This document shows positions 26,865 through 40,685 of a DNA stretch of 64,000 bases, piece by piece (position 1 is the first letter of the stretch; each line of letters starts with the position of its first letter). Where the stretch lies: NCBI RefSeq assembly GCF_006345805.1, contig NC_043000.1, positions 24,118,001 through 24,182,000 on the forward strand. The letters run 5' to 3'. Below the pieces are notes generated by a model. It made no database searches, had not been told where the DNA came from, and saw nothing but the letters and a program-made list of their open reading frames with translations. The DNA is from Octopus sinensis (Eukaryota). The translations under genes were made by a program, and so were the position numbers.

Positions 26865-27753
26865 GAGAGCGAATAATGCAGATGTTGACAAAGCCCTGAC
26901 CCATCAATGGCTAATGGCTTCTGGCTTAAAATCTGAAACAGAAGGGTTTATCATAGCAGCTCAAGATCAATGCCTACCTACAAGGAACTACCAGGCCAAC
27001 ATATTAAAGAACAGCAGTAGCCCAACATGTCGTGTATGTCGACAACAAAATGAAACCATTGATCATGTTGTCTCCAAGTGCAGTCTTCTTGCGCCTACAG
27101 AGTATCTCAACAGGCATGATAGAGCTGCACAATATATTCACTGGGTAATTTGCAAAAGCATGGACTTGCCCCCCATGATAAAAACTGGTGGGAACACAAA
27201 CCACCTCCAGTGCTTGAAAATGATCACATCTCACTCCTCTGGAACTTCACCATTCAAACTGACAGAAAGATAGATGCAAATAGGCCAGACATCATATTGA
27301 AAGACTTCAGACAAAGAAAATGCCTCCTCATTGATATGACTGTCCCAATCGATATAAACCTATCTGTCAAGACCTACCAAAAACTGAGCAAATATAAAGA
27401 TCTTGAAATAGAAATCAGCAAAATGTGGAACCTGAAGACTAAAACAATACCTGTTGTCATAGGTGCCCTGGGAATGATAGCAAAAGGGGCTGATTGCTAC
27501 CTAACTCCCAAAATAGCAGAAATTCAAAAGATAGTGCTCATGGGAACTGCTCATATCCTACACAAAATACTTTCTATGTAATCTCAAGTTTTAAAGCAAA
27601 CATAATTTTCATATGGTTTTTTGTACAAAACCAAATATATGGCACCCTAGGCATAACACCAACATGAACTTCCAACTTGTTGTCTCTTGAGGTCTCTGGG
27701 TGAGACTTGGAGCCAACTTGTACAAATGTAAAGCAAAAGTCAAACATAGAATG

Positions 27754-27760
<7 letters not shown>
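26865..27760 (+). mobile_element. R4/Dong-like non-LTR element 3' part (CCHC plus restriction-like endonuclease)
   Basis: ETEGFIIAAQDQ, CRVC...ETIDHVVSKC, RHD, LWNFTIQTDRKIDANRPDII, K.SKYKDL, PVVIGALG. Bounded by (TAA)n tracts. Confidence 0.9.
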
Positions 27761-27786
<26 letters not shown>

Positions 27787-27815
27787 TATATATATATATT
27801 ATATATATATATAAT

Positions 27816-27846
<31 letters not shown>

Positions 27847-29297
27847 GTCTGTATGTGTAAGCAACAATCCAATTGCTAATTGGAACCTAAAGGCAAAATT
27901 AACAGAGGTCACAAAAGTCACAGAGAGTACTAACTGGCGCCACTTTTGCTAAAGATAAAGAGTTAAACTAACTCAAAACTGCAAATGCACTGTCTTAAGT
28001 AACTGGCAAAGGGAGGTAAGTCCCCAGCGTACATAGCCGAATTGCGATGACTCTTGTCTTAAGCAAAAACAATGTGAGTCAGTATCCTCTGTCACTTTTA
28101 TGATGCCTACTAATTTTGCCTTTAGGTTCTAATTGCTAATAAGCCACCCTTTTTAACATGTTGCTTACATTTTTACCATTTTGGAAATCAGTGTACATTT
28201 TCAACGGTTTTTCTTATAAGACTGACAGAGATAGTTGAGTTTAACCCTAGGAATTAAGAGCCACTTATGAGGATTAATATGGTCTATATCAAAATCCAAA
28301 ATTATGATCCAGTTGGGGACTTACCTCCCTTTGTCAATCATTTAAGACAGCGTATTTGTAGATTTGAGTTAGTTTAACTCTTAACATTAGCAAAAGCGGT
28401 GTGAGTCAGTACCCTCATTCACTTTTGTGATCTCTATTAATTTTATCTGTATGTGTATATTTCTATGTGCATATGCAAGTGTGTGTGTGATTCCAGCACT
28501 GAAAAGGACCAAATTAGGCTGAATGTCCAGTCAACCAGGCCAAACAGCTGTGCCTTATCATCTCACTCCTTCTTGGAGGGTCTGCAATGATCTTGGAGGG
28601 TCTAGGTCATCTAGAGTTATCTCCCCTGGTCACATCGTTAACAACGGGGTGGTGCTCGTGAGATAGGGATAAAAAGATGCACAGTCAAGAACGGCCTCTT
28701 TTGCTGACCAAAGCGGCCTGCTGCTAACTGCATCGTCTCCCTCTCTGCTACTGGACTACCCATGTCGATTTGAATTGAGTGGAATCCACTATACCAGTCA
28801 TGGAAGGTGGCAAGACGAAAACCTTTTCTTACTCAACTTCCATTCTGTTCTGTTAAATGTTAATATACAAGCTGTGTATAAATGCTCTCCTCCCGGATTG
28901 GAATAAATATACCATGTACATGAAGGCTTCGGAAACTCATGTGAATTGTTGTTGTTTCTCACTGGATTAATCCCTACAGCTATCGAAGGATGACCGGACA
29001 TTATATTAAATTAGTGGGCTAAAAGCTCACTAAATCCCATGAGCACAGCCTCTTCCACTAGACTAATGGTTCTCAACCTTTCACTGAGTGGCATTTTATA
29101 TTTTACCTTCACATATTTTGCACCCTGTCCCCAAAATTCAGCAATTATTTTAATTAAACAAATGAATTTTGCATTGTAGTTTATTAGCTATATTTCCTTA
29201 TATAATCCCATCCTACATGTATCTGTTTTTAGGTATTTGCATGGACTGGTGTTCCAAATGTTAAATTTTTTAAAGACTGCAAGACTTTTATAATGAA

Positions 29298-29934
29298 CTA
29301 GCAGTATCGCCCGGCGTTGCTCGGGTTTGTAAGGGAAATAACTATATAAGCATTTTTAGAGAGTTATAGCCAAAAAATAGCAAAAAATGCATTAAAAATG
29401 GAAAAAATATGATGGTAAATTTTTTGAAAAATCGTTGACTCATCGTAGACATTTTTAGAGAGTTACTTCCCTTATATAATAGCGAAAAAATGCATTAAAA
29501 TGGAAAACAAACGATGGTAAATTTTTTTTTAAATCGTAGACTCATGTAGACGCTTTCTTAGCCATTTCTGTTTTGGTGTCTTCAAGCCATGAAGTCGTTG
29601 TTCTAAAAGAACGCTGGTCTCCTTGACAACGCATTACGACGTTGATTTCCTTGCACTCCCTTCCCCACAGGTGCAGGTGTGAGCGTGGATGCCAACTCCG
29701 CCGCCATCGACACACGAAAAATTATGCATTAAAATGGAATAAAAAATGATGTTAAATTATTTTTAAAATCGTAGACTCATTGTAGACGCGCGCTAATACT
29801 CAGACGGGCTCGATATGAATCACGACTATAAGCTACCCGAATTTGGTTAAACTGCACCGCAAAATGTGGGAGTAGTTAGGAATCTAAATCGAAGGGGACA
29901 GACACTCACACAACTACAGTTTTATATATATAGA
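29298..29934 (-). mobile_element. Non-autonomous Helitron-like element with three internal tandem units
   Basis: Minus strand A|TCTATATATAT...CCCGAGCAACGCCGGG...CTAG|T. The unit aaaatgcattaaaatgga...atcgtagactca occurs three times. Confidence 0.7.
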
Positions 29935-29944
29935 TATACATAGC

Positions 29945-30390
29945 GCAGTAGTGGTGAGATGTGACAGCAAAGAAAAGCATACATTCACTCTCTGCATGCA
30001 ATTAGACTCGGAAAGTTCGTGAGGAACCCATTGACCCAATTTGCTGACTTTTCCGATAGCACACAGGTCTCAATGAATGGTTGAATGACCAAATCCAAGC
30101 TTCTCTGCTAGTTCCTCAACAGTTACGATGAGATTTTGTTCCACCAGGGTTTTCAGGATGTCCTTGTCGAGTTCTACAGATCTTTCAGGATGAGGCTCGT
30201 CTTCTAGGCTGTTCCAATATAGCTTTGAAAAAAATAGCTGTTAAAATCGAAATGCACTCTTCAAAACTTACACTATGAATAAGGACAAGATAAAATTACT
30301 ACCTGCTTTTATAGCAAGTTAATATAAGTAGTTTATCCCATTCCCCTCTGACTTTTAGTTCAAGCTGTTGAAAAAAACCGCATTATTATA
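29945..30390 (-). mobile_element. Partial copy of the 1135-2840 mariner family
   Basis: Near-identical to ~2240-2830 (catattcactctctgca...cccctctgacttttagttca...gcattatt), with an internal deletion. Confidence 0.8.
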
Positions 30391-30400
30391 TATATATACA

Positions 30401-30432
<32 letters not shown>

Positions 30433-30680
30433 CACACACACTCTCTCTCTCACACACATGCACACATTTATATTCTGTTATTCTTTTATATGTTTCAGCC
30501 TTGAGGTTGTGGCCATGCTGGATCATGTGTGTGTGTGTGTGTCTATCTGCCTGTCTGTCTGTATGTATATATGTATATGTATGTGTGTGAACAATAATAT
30601 TTTCAACAGATGTGTTGCAAATGTATCTGATTGTTCTCAAGCTTCAATACTGTGTGTGTGTGTGTATGTGTGTGTGTGTA

Positions 30681-30713
<33 letters not shown>

Positions 30714-30776
30714 ATGTATGTATGTATATGTATGTATGTATGTGTGTATGTATGTGTGTATGTATGTATGTGTGTA

Positions 30777-30807
<31 letters not shown>

Positions 30808-31660
30808 ATGTATGTATGTATGTATGAGTGTATGTTTACTTTATTACTAACACAAGCCAGTACGGTTATTTAATGTAAAGTCTTCCTCAAAGCACTATCT
30901 CTGGCTATTTACTCTCTTCCAAGAACATTTTCACTCACACTTATGTGTTAGCTTCCCATACATTTTACTCATGTATCTATCAGCGTGATAGAGAGAAACA
31001 AATATTACATCTAGTTTCACTTTATTCGTTGCCCACTGTGTGTGTGCGTTTGCGTGTGGTGTAAACCAGACTAAGAAAAGCATTTGACACACACACCAGA
31101 ATGTGAGTTTTCTGTAAATTTTGCTTAATTGGAGTTTAAATTTTAAAAACTGGACCTGGCATGACGCGATGCATTGTACTCTTAAAAATGGTAGGTAAAT
31201 TGTAATTGAAGAAATCCTATATTGTAGATTTGTATAACTCCCAAAGGGAGGCAGATAAAATCTGCCTTTTATAATAAGAGATTTAAATAGGCCTTGGTGC
31301 AGCATCAGTGAATTTTTTATTTTGTTCTCAATGTCCATCTCATTCCAGTTTTGAAATGTGCATACAATATAAATATTGTATTTTGCTTTAAATATGTAAT
31401 CTTTAACAAAATTCATGACTTTCTCTAAAAACATCTAACTCTATTCCCAGTTTCACCTTGATAATTGCTTCCCCTTATGGACTCACAATGCTGTTATGGG
31501 GGATATACCATCTACTTTTAAAATCCCTGCTCAAGGCTAAATCAATAAATAAAAAAAAAGGAATTAATTGCTGTACTAGATCATGATAAAATTAGTCAGA
31601 ATTCGGTGAGTGAATTCTTTTTATTTGTTTAACAATGAATTCTTTTTATTTGTTTTACAG

Positions 31661-31792
31661 AATTCACAATATTTGATGTTTGTAGAGAACCAGAGATTGC
31701 AGCTAATTATGTGTATGATATATATAAATCTTCTTATTCTCAAGATGGTCTTTGTACTAAACCAAGTACAAAGAAAGGCACTCCATACACAG
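31661..31792 (+). CDS. Exon 2 (VFT1; EFTIFDVCREPEIAANYVYDIY...GLCTKPSTKKGTPYT)
   Basis: Acceptor ttttatttgttttacag and donor G|GTAAGC. 132 nt, phase 1-1. Splicing from exon 1 gives I-E-F-T-I-F-D-V-C, matching the LGyeIfDtC motif. Not visible as an ORF in the supplied track frame. Confidence 0.85.
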
Positions 31793-31834
31793 GTAAGCTA
31801 GAATTTTGAAAACATAGTCCATCTTTCACCTTTT

Positions 31835-32530
31835 ATAATAATAATGATAATGAAATTATTGTATACAGTGCTCAGGTGCACCACAACTTGTCGAAAGTGT
31901 GTATAAAGAATATGCAGTAATGTACAAATGTCTGGGAAGTGAACAGTGTATGAGTCAGATACATGCTTGCGTTGCGTATGGAGGGGAGAAAATCAGGTGT
32001 AGTGTTGGCGAATCTCAGGAGGCATGGAAGTTTTAAAGGATGCAATGCTCCGACAACTAACAACTGATGCCGGCAGTTTGTTCCATGCTTCAGCAACTCT
32101 TAGTGTGAAAAAATGTTTCTGAAAGTCATGGGAGCTGTGCTGTTTTCTGACTTTGTAAACATGTCCATGGGTATTAGACAGGTGGAGTTTGAAAAGGTGC
32201 TCAGAGTTATTATTTGTAAGATGGTTAATAATTTTATGGGTGTCTACCAAGTCAGCTGCCAGATGTCGAAGTTTCAATGTGTCCATGCGTCCATGCCCAG
32301 GAAAGTAAGGCGTTCAGAATATGGCAAATGCCTGATGGAGGGTATTCTCTTGGTTGCACGTCGCTGAATGACTTCCAGACGATTAATATCCTGGGCAAAA
32401 TAGGGGTTCCAGACTGGTGATGCAGATTCCAGGTGAGGTTGTACCATAGCTATATAAAGCCGCAGATAGATAGCCGGAGCCATGTTGGGTCACTGCTTTG
32501 ATGGATTTTAGTTGAACAAATCAACCCTGT
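31835..32530 (-). mobile_element. CR1-clade LINE 3' fragment with (ATT)n tail
   Basis: VQPHLESASPVWNPY...LEVIQRRATK...LRHLAADLVDTHKI...TRGH.YK...FFTLRVAEAWNKLP is a classic CR1 C-terminus. Confidence 0.9.
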
Positions 32531-32999
32531 TAAAGTCTGCTGCTTGTTCTATTGGCTTCTTTAGCAAACTGCTAAGTTTTGGGGGGACATAAACAAACCA
32601 ATACCAGCTGTAAAGCAGTAGGGTACATGTGACAAACACTCATATGTGACAAGCTTCCACACAGTTTCCATCTGCCCACAAGGTATTTGTTATCCAGGGA
32701 CTATAATAGAAGACATTTGCCCAAGGTGATGTGAATTGGGATTGAATCTGAAACCATGTGGTTCTAAAGCATACTTCTTCAACAATGAGTTTCCCTGTGT
32801 CTATTTTATGAAAAATGCAATAAAAATTTATACAGGTGTGGCTGTGTGGTAAGATGCTTGCTTCAACTGTGCAGAGCCTGGACCAGTTTGCTACTAGTAC
32901 AAACAGACTGGGCATATCGCCTGAAAATGTGGCCAGAGAAAAGGCCACAGGGAAGTTGCTGCCTCTCAAACTTCCTCTGCGAATGAGTAGAGGTACTGG

Positions 33000-34260
33000 T
33001 GCAACCACTGCCCATAGATGAAGCCTGGTGGGGGGAGGCAGAAGAATCGAAGCAAGGAGTAGCTGTGGTGTGTTGGAATTGAAGCAAGGAGGAGACTAGG
33101 ACCCTGTATCTTGTCAGGAGGATCGACACCACCAATGTTACTAGATGGAGCATCCAAAAAATAGTTAGGATCTGTGATAGGTGTCAATCCATCAACCCTG
33201 CTCCAGGTGTGCATGTGCAGGAAAACATTTCAGTAAAGCACAACTGGAGACAACTAGCATTGGATGTAACACACTACTGGCAGGGGGCGTATCTCTAAAT
33301 GTTTGGCTGTGGGTTGAGCCTGATGGCCATTTGGAGGGAATTGAGCACAGACACTACGGACAAGATGGCACATATTCTAAATAAGGTATTCTTAGAGCAG
33401 GGCCCTGTGGACGAATTCCTGATGGACAACAGCACAGCATTTCATTTGGAAGCACTGAAGGAGATGCTTGACAGGTGGAAAGTGCACCACTTTTTCAGAG
33501 TGGCATACAGGCTGAGTGGAAATTTGATTATGGAGAGACAAGGCCATGGCAGAGAGGGGACACGTCTTGCTGCTGGAAGCAGTATTCTGGTACATGTCCT
33601 GATCAGGTCAGGCTGAAGAGTCCGTGCCACATAGAGCGATATTCAAATATGAATGGCAGCATCTGAGTAAGCCATCGAGATGCCCTGTAGAAGAGAGAGG
33701 GCCTGTCTTCGAGGAGGTGGGAGATGAAGTCTGGGTCAAGCCACCAAAAGCATGCTGGATAAATCAGTAGAACAGAGGAATAGTGATGGCTGTCAATTCC
33801 AAAAACAACATGTCTGTGGGTGGAATGCCTCAGCATGTCTTAGATGTTCGTAGGATTGTTGCTTTGTTGGATGATGATTGTGGAGAATAGGAAAAGAATG
33901 AAGTTCCCAGCTTAAGAAGATCACAATGTGCAAGGTGCCCACCTGGGTGGGTGGTAGATTTCGACATGGAGTAAAGTGAGGAGGTGATCTTTGAGATTGT
34001 TGGGAGGGATGAGCTGGAAGAAGAGGGTCATGATGTCAATGGTCAAGGGACTGACTGGAAGAAGAAGCGCCAGAGGGGAAGTGGGGGGAAGAGAGGTGAG
34101 TGGCGGCCCCCTTTTGCCTGTTGGAGGCATTGTGAATGGATGTCAGGGAATTCATTCCCAGGTTGGTCAGATAGCAGCTGCTTATACTGGGTGACAGGAG
34201 TAGGGCAGGATTGCTTGAGAGATTACTGCTAGACAGATGTTGATGAGAGAGGAAGATAGG
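33000..34260 (+). mobile_element. Gypsy LTR-retrotransposon integrase remnant
   Basis: TLYLVRRI...CDRCQSINPAP, WRQLALDVTHY, GPVDEFLMDNSTAF, RVAYRLSGNLIMER, LRRSQCARCPPGW. Stops present. Confidence 0.75.
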
Positions 34261-34864
34261 TGAACCTCTTTCCATTTCCCATGCATGACAAACTTTCCAA
34301 ATTTTTTTTCAGTCACTTATTATAAAATAACTGTTTTTTGCATAGTTACTACTTAAAATTTTTCTTAATTTAACTTTGCTACTTTGGCTGCAAACTCTGA
34401 AATTGCTGCCCATAATGCAGAGATGAGAAAATGAAACAAACACAGGAGCCTGACTGACTGCTGCCAGTTTGTGCCAGTTGCTGTTGGGACCTCATGTATT
34501 CTTGGACCCTGCAATGCTGATTTCCTCCACAAAATCAGGATAACTATGGCTCATTTGAGAATCGAGCCCCATAAGGTGGGATGTCTGTTGCAATAAGTGT
34601 CACTGGCCATTCTCTAGGGCAATACCTTTGCAATTATGTCCATGTGGTGTGGCTAAACACATCGTTTGTTCTAGGGTGTACAACCTATTACTCCCTCTCC
34701 CCCTGTCTTCTGCTGTTTGTCCCTCCTCCTTTTTTCTTTTTCTTTGTTTCCCTGGTGGGGTGGTCATGGTGGGTTTTTTCTCAATAATTCAATCTTTTAT
34801 ATCTTTAATGTTTTTTTAAAAATGTCTTTTCGTCTTGTATAAAAAAGTTGTTAATAATAGCTAA

Positions 34865-36275
34865 GTCTGGAGCTAATGCAGTTTTGTACCTCTCCTTGAA
34901 AATTGCATTAAAAAAATTTTTTTTCCGGATTCCTACATTTTAGATGTCGGAGATTATGAATATGCAAAACAAATATTTTAACACCCCACTCGCCCTCCCA
35001 TTTAAAATTTTGAACTTTTTTGAAACTTTTTTCCTATGTTTTAGATGATGGAGATTCCGGATATGCAAGAAACAACGTTTTCAAAATTTTAAATTCAATA
35101 AGCATACAGATAGGTGTATAAAGAGATAGATAGATGTGAATGTCTTCCTGGGGCTAAAAACAACAGTAACACTGTCTTCTATAGGACCGTTACACTTAGT
35201 TGACAAATATATTTTACTAGCTCTATGACCCGGCAACGCTGGGTCATAGTGCTAGTGCATGCATATACAGCTGCATGCGTGCGCACATACAGGCGAGTAC
35301 TGTCCAAATCTCCGACCAATCACATACAGCTAGCTGGCATTCAATTGGCGTATCAAGTTTTGGGCATTTTGATTGGGTTTTGGATAGAAAATTCACAAAA
35401 ATGTCACTTTCCTTGATTTTTTAATGGCTTTGCGGGTTGACTGGGGAAATGTAAAGATGTGCTCGACCACCCTTGGACAGTTTTCAATGACCATAGAAAG
35501 TGCGAGCCCTCTAACTGAAAAATTGTGGATTTGTATAAAGGATATACACACACACACACACACAGACAGACGTTTTGCCGTTTATATATATAGAGATGAA
35601 TGAAGTCAATTTTGCCTTTCGTCCTTTTGGGGTTGATAAATTAAGTACCAGATAAGTACTGGGATCGATATAATTGACTTGTCCCTTCCCCCAAAATTTC
35701 ATACTTATGCCTATAGTAGAAAAAAAGAAGAAAAAAAAAAGAAAAAATCTATGAATAAACGGACACGGATAAATAGATATACAGACAAATAAATAACTGA
35801 ATGAAAAAGTTCAAAATTTAAAATTAGGAGAGGGGGTGAAATTTGAGCCCCTTATTAAACTTTATAACATTAATTATTAAATATTAATGTTTGTTTCTCA
35901 TAAAATGGTGAATATTTAATTTACATTGAATTATTATTTACGATTATAAACACAAGTAAAACGTTAATTCTTTTCACTTTAATGTTTTTTGTCTGTATTT
36001 AATTTTGATTTGCAATATGTTCATCAATTAGCTACGATTTCTTTAAAGTAAACAAAATCGAAAATTTAAATTGGGGGTGGGGAAGAGGTGGAGTGGGGTA
36101 GAGGTGGGGTAGAGGTGGGGTAGAGGTGGGGTAGAGGTGGGGTAGAGGTGGGGTGGGGAATTGAAGGGTGGTGGTGGTGGATTGCAAAAAATCTAAAATA
36201 TAGGAATCCGAAAACAATTTTTCTAAAAAAAATGCATTTTTTAAGGAGAGGTGCAAAACTGTATTAGCCCCCAAA
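34865..36275. mobile_element. Possible old MITE with degenerate terminal inverted repeats, hosting the 35217 Helitron
   Basis: gctaatgcagttttgtacctctcctt...ggattcctacattttagat (34865-34945) is the inverse of atctaaaatataggaatcc...aaggagaggtgcaaaactgtattagc (36190-36270). Confidence 0.5.
35217..35596 (-). mobile_element. Non-autonomous Helitron-like element
   Basis: A|TC 5' end, CTAG|T 3' end, and a subterminal hairpin ctatgaccc-ggcaacgct-gggtcatag. Confidence 0.7.
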
Positions 36276-36357
36276 ATCTAATACTAAAAACAAAAAAGAA
36301 AAGAATAAAATTATCACGTTCAGTTTAAAGAGTGAATTTTGTGTTTTATTCCCACAG

Positions 36358-36515
36358 CAATTATCTCCCTTGGCGACCATGCCGTGACTGAATCTCTTCT
36401 CAAAACAACCACATATGTTTCATTGCCAGTAATTAGCCCTGTCATTGAACAGATAGCATTTCAGTCTTATAAGAATTTCATATCTTTCACTGTACCCATG
36501 GAAACTCAAGTTAAG
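36358..36515 (+). CDS. Exon 3 (VFT1; AIISLGDHAVTESLL...LPVISP...FISFTVPMETQVK)
   Basis: Acceptor ttttattcccacag and donor AAG|GTAATT. Phase 1-0. Aligns by eye to the VIGPxSSxV...PQISY...FxRTVPSDxxQ segment of class C VFTs. Confidence 0.85.
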
Positions 36516-39500
36516 GTAATTATAATTTATTTTATAATTTTCAGGGGATATCAGAAAAAGTTGATAAGAAAAAGAAGCTATTCTATAAAGTATCATCTTG
36601 TGCAAATAAACAAAATGTTTTAAAACCCTTGCAAGTTTAATTTGTTTAATCAGGTTGTTTGTGCTGTTGCTGCTGTTGCTGTTGAGCGACGCTGTCTTTG
36701 TCCCAGTTGGAGAAGTCCGAAATGTGGTCCTTTGCTATTCGTAAGACCCGCAGAAGAGAAAGCAGGTCAACCCATGACACCGAGAGCATCGATGGGTGGA
36801 TGAATGCGCATCCAGGCTCAGCGGTTGTGTAGGAAGTGGGGACAAGAAACAGGAAGAAAGAGTGAGAGAAAGTTGGAGTGAAAGAGTACAATAGGGGGTC
36901 GCCACCACTCCCTTGCCTGAGCCTCGTGGAGCTTTAGGTGTTTTTGCTTAATAAACACACATAATGCCCGGTCTGGGATCGAAACCGCGATCCTCCAACC
37001 GTGAGTCCACTGCCCTAACCACTGGGCCATTGCGCCTCCACTGTTGTTGCTGTTGAGTCCAGGTCAGCACTGATCAAGCAAGCCTATAATTAAAGACATT
37101 TGAACCCTTGCTAATCCATCTTTCTCCCTAGGCACAGGGGACTCAGGACTACATTATAATATCACGTGATCACATGACTGACCAGGCTATCAGATGTTGC
37201 TACACATCACTGGTCACAATGCGCTTTGCATTGTTTTAGCCTTCAAATGACACCACCCCGCTGGCTAAGCGAGCAGGCTTACAGAAGAAAGAGTGAGAGA
37301 AAGTTGTGATGAAAGAGTACAGCAGGGTTCGCCACCAGCCCCTGCTGGAGCCTCATGGAGCTTTAGGTGTTTTCGCTCAATAAACACTCGCAACGCCTGG
37401 TATGAGTATCAAAACCACGATCCTACGACCGTGTGTCCGCTGCCCTAACCACTGGGCTATTGCGCTTCCACACATTATAATATAATAATGAAATTATTGC
37501 ATACAGTGCTCAGGTGCACCACAACTTGTCAAAAGTGTGTATAAAGCATATGCAGTAATGTACAAATGTCTGGAGAGTGAACAGTGTATGAGTCAGATAC
37601 ATGCTTGCGTGTGTATAGAGGGGAGAAAATCAGGTGTAGTGTTGGTGAATCTCTTATTATGTAAATGTTTTATTTTCCTTAAGCTATTAAGGTTTGGGTT
37701 AAACTGGCCAAATCCAGCCAAAATATTCCACCTGTTTTATGTTCAAACTGGCCAGATTCAACCTCTCATACCTACCATCATCCTCATCATCGTTTAATGT
37801 CTGCCTTCCATGCTAGCAAGAGTGGGATGGTTTCACAAGAGCCAGCCAGGCAAAAGCCTGCTCCAGACTTCTGTGACTGTTTTGGCAGGATTTTTATGGC
37901 TGGATGCTCTTCCTAACACCAACCACTCAGCAGAGTGGACTTAGTGCTTCTTAGGTGCTTCTTACATGGCACAAGCACAGGTGAAGACGGTAGTGCTTCT
38001 TATGTAGCACAAACACAGGTAAGGACAGTAGTGCTTTTTACATGGCACAAGCACAAATGAAAACAGTAGTGTTTTTTATGTGACACAAGCACAGGTGGGG
38101 GCAGTTGTGCCTTTTACGTGACATAGGCACAGGCGAGATCACTTTTGGCAAGGTTTTTACAGCTGAATGCCCTTCTGAACACCAACCACTTTACAGTGTG
38201 GACTGGGTGCTTTTGAGTGGCATTTGCACTGACAGGGTCACCAAGTACTTGCAAGACAAAAAGAAAAAAACAACTTTCAAGAGGGGAGGAGGCATTGGAG
38301 GAGGTGATCTTGTGTAGGATGATGAAAGGTTATAGTGAGACAGATGCAAGTGTCTTGCTATTGAGGAAGTACATAGTTACCTGGCTGGAGAAAGAGAGAG
38401 ATCAGGAATGAAGGCAGAAACAGGTGTGCTACTGCAAAGGAAATACACAGTTACACAACCTGAGAGGAGTGCAGGAGAAGGAGAGAGAGTGTGGGAGGCA
38501 ATAGGATAGAGATGGCGGCAAAATGCCAAGCATACACACAAGGAATGGGGATTAGAATATAAATGGGATGGTTGAGTAAAAGAAGAGAGATATTGATGGT
38601 GGCAAGTTCCAGGGCATACACTTGAGGTTTGAACGCCATAATATAAGTGCAGAATATTGTGAAATGTGATTAAAGGGTGGGAGTAGGTGCCCAAAACCTG
38701 GAGTATGTGTTTCTTTATTACCCACAAGGGGCTAAACATAGAAGGGACAAACAAGGACAGACAAATGGATTAAGTCGATTAGATCAACTCCAGTGCATAA
38801 CTGGTACTTAATTTATCGACCCCCAAAAGGATGAAAGGCAAAGTCAACCTCGGCGGAATTTGAACTCAGAACGTAATGGCAGACGAAATACGGCTATGCA
38901 TTTCGCCTGGGGTGCTAACGGTTCTGCCAGCTATGTATAGATTTGGCAGGGCTACCAGATAGCAATGATACAGAGGATGAGGGCTGTAAGGACAGGATTG
39001 GGGAGTGAGAGCTAGGTATAATGCATGAAGGAGGAAATGTGAGGAGAAGAGATGTGGAGATGTAGATTGGTTTGTTAGGGTAGGGTGAGAGAAAGGTTTT
39101 ACCATATAATATTATTCTAAAAATTAACAATCACTTCATTGAAATCTTGAAGCCACAATTCAAAACAATGTGAATAAATAAGCATTACGTTTAACAGAGG
39201 AATCTGAATGCTAATGGGTTAAGGGAGAGTTGGTTGCTGTTCCTAGCAGTTCAAGCAACTGCACAGATCATCCAAATTGTTATTATTTAGTCCTGGGTCA
39301 GCACTGGCTGAAGAAACCTCTACTTAAAGATATCCAAGCCTTGATCATCCTGTCTGTTCAGACATAATTCATATCAGACTACAAAATCCAATATGTCATT
39401 CTCTAATTTAAGAGAGATTTGACTGCTATTTCTAGCAGATGGAGCAGCAACATAGAGACCCCTTGTTTTGAGTTAATCAAGTTGTGCATGGTGTAACAAG

Positions 39501-39989
39501 GGTACTCAGATCCAAGCAGCCAAATTGTTATGTTAATGTCACAGTATAGCAACGCTTTGATATTTCCTCCTGTCTTTTGATGAACTTATGTACAGGGTTT
39601 TTTAAATTCATCATTATTATCATTTAATATCCATTTTCCATGCTGGCATGGGTTGGATGGTTTGACAAGAGCTGGCCAACTGAAGAGCTGTCCGGGTTCC
39701 ATGTCTGTTCTGGCATGGTTTCTATGGCCCTTCCTAACACCAACCACTTTACAAAGTGTGTTTGGTGCTTTTACATGGCATTCAGCTGCAGAGAGACGCA
39801 GGAATTCACTATTTATGGATACTGTAGAATTATTCTTTCAATTGTGTTAGATTTCTAATTCATGACCAACCTAAAAATTACTTTTGCAGTGAAATAAAAG
39901 TTACTATTAAATGTCCACAAGGTATTGTTACATGATTTACATGCAACTTCCTGCATAATTTGCATAATCTCTCCACAACACTAATCTCA

Positions 39990-40638
39990 AAAGGTTTTCT
40001 TGTGAACGTAACCTGGGCATTATAGTCGACAGCGATTTGCGTTGGACAAAACACATCACTAAAATTGCCAAGAAGGCTGAGGGTGTCTTGGCATCACTCT
40101 CCAAGTCCTTTGTGAGCTGCTCTCCAGCTATCTATCTGAGGCTTTATATAGCTATGGTACGACCTCACCTGGAATTTGCATCACTGGTCTAGAACCCCTA
40201 TCTTGCCCAGGATATTAATCGTCTGGAAGCTGTTCAGTGACGTGCAACCAAGAGAATACCCTCCATCAGGCATTTGCCATATTCTGAATGCCTTACTTCC
40301 CTGGGCATTGAAACTCCGACGTCTGGCAGCTGACTTGGTAGACACCCATAAAATTATTAAGCATCTTACAAATAATAACTCTGAGCACCTTTTCAAACTC
40401 CCTCTGTCTAACACCCATGGACATGTTTACAAAGTCGGAAAACAGCACAGCTCCCATGACCTACTGAAACATTTTTTCACACTAAGAGTTGCTGAAGCAT
40501 GGAACAAACTGCCGGCATCAGTTGTTAGTTGTCGGAGCACTGCATCCTTCAAAACTTCCATGCTTTGTACATTACTGCATATACTTTATATGCACTTTTG
40601 ACAAGTTGTGGTGCACCTGAGCACTGTATACAATAATT

Positions 40639-40685
<47 letters not shown>
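39990..40685 (+). mobile_element. CR1-clade LINE 3' fragment (related copies at 37480-37655 - and 41790-42290 -)
   Basis: VRPHLEFAS...LKLRRLAADLVDTHKIIKHL...HFFTLRVAEAWNKLPASVV, followed by aatttc(att)n. Confidence 0.9.

Noticed and set aside
30931-31434. 167-aa minus-strand ORF in intron 1
   Set aside because: No recognisable motif or splice signals supporting an exon. It is treated as a chance ORF, though a BLAST search would settle it.
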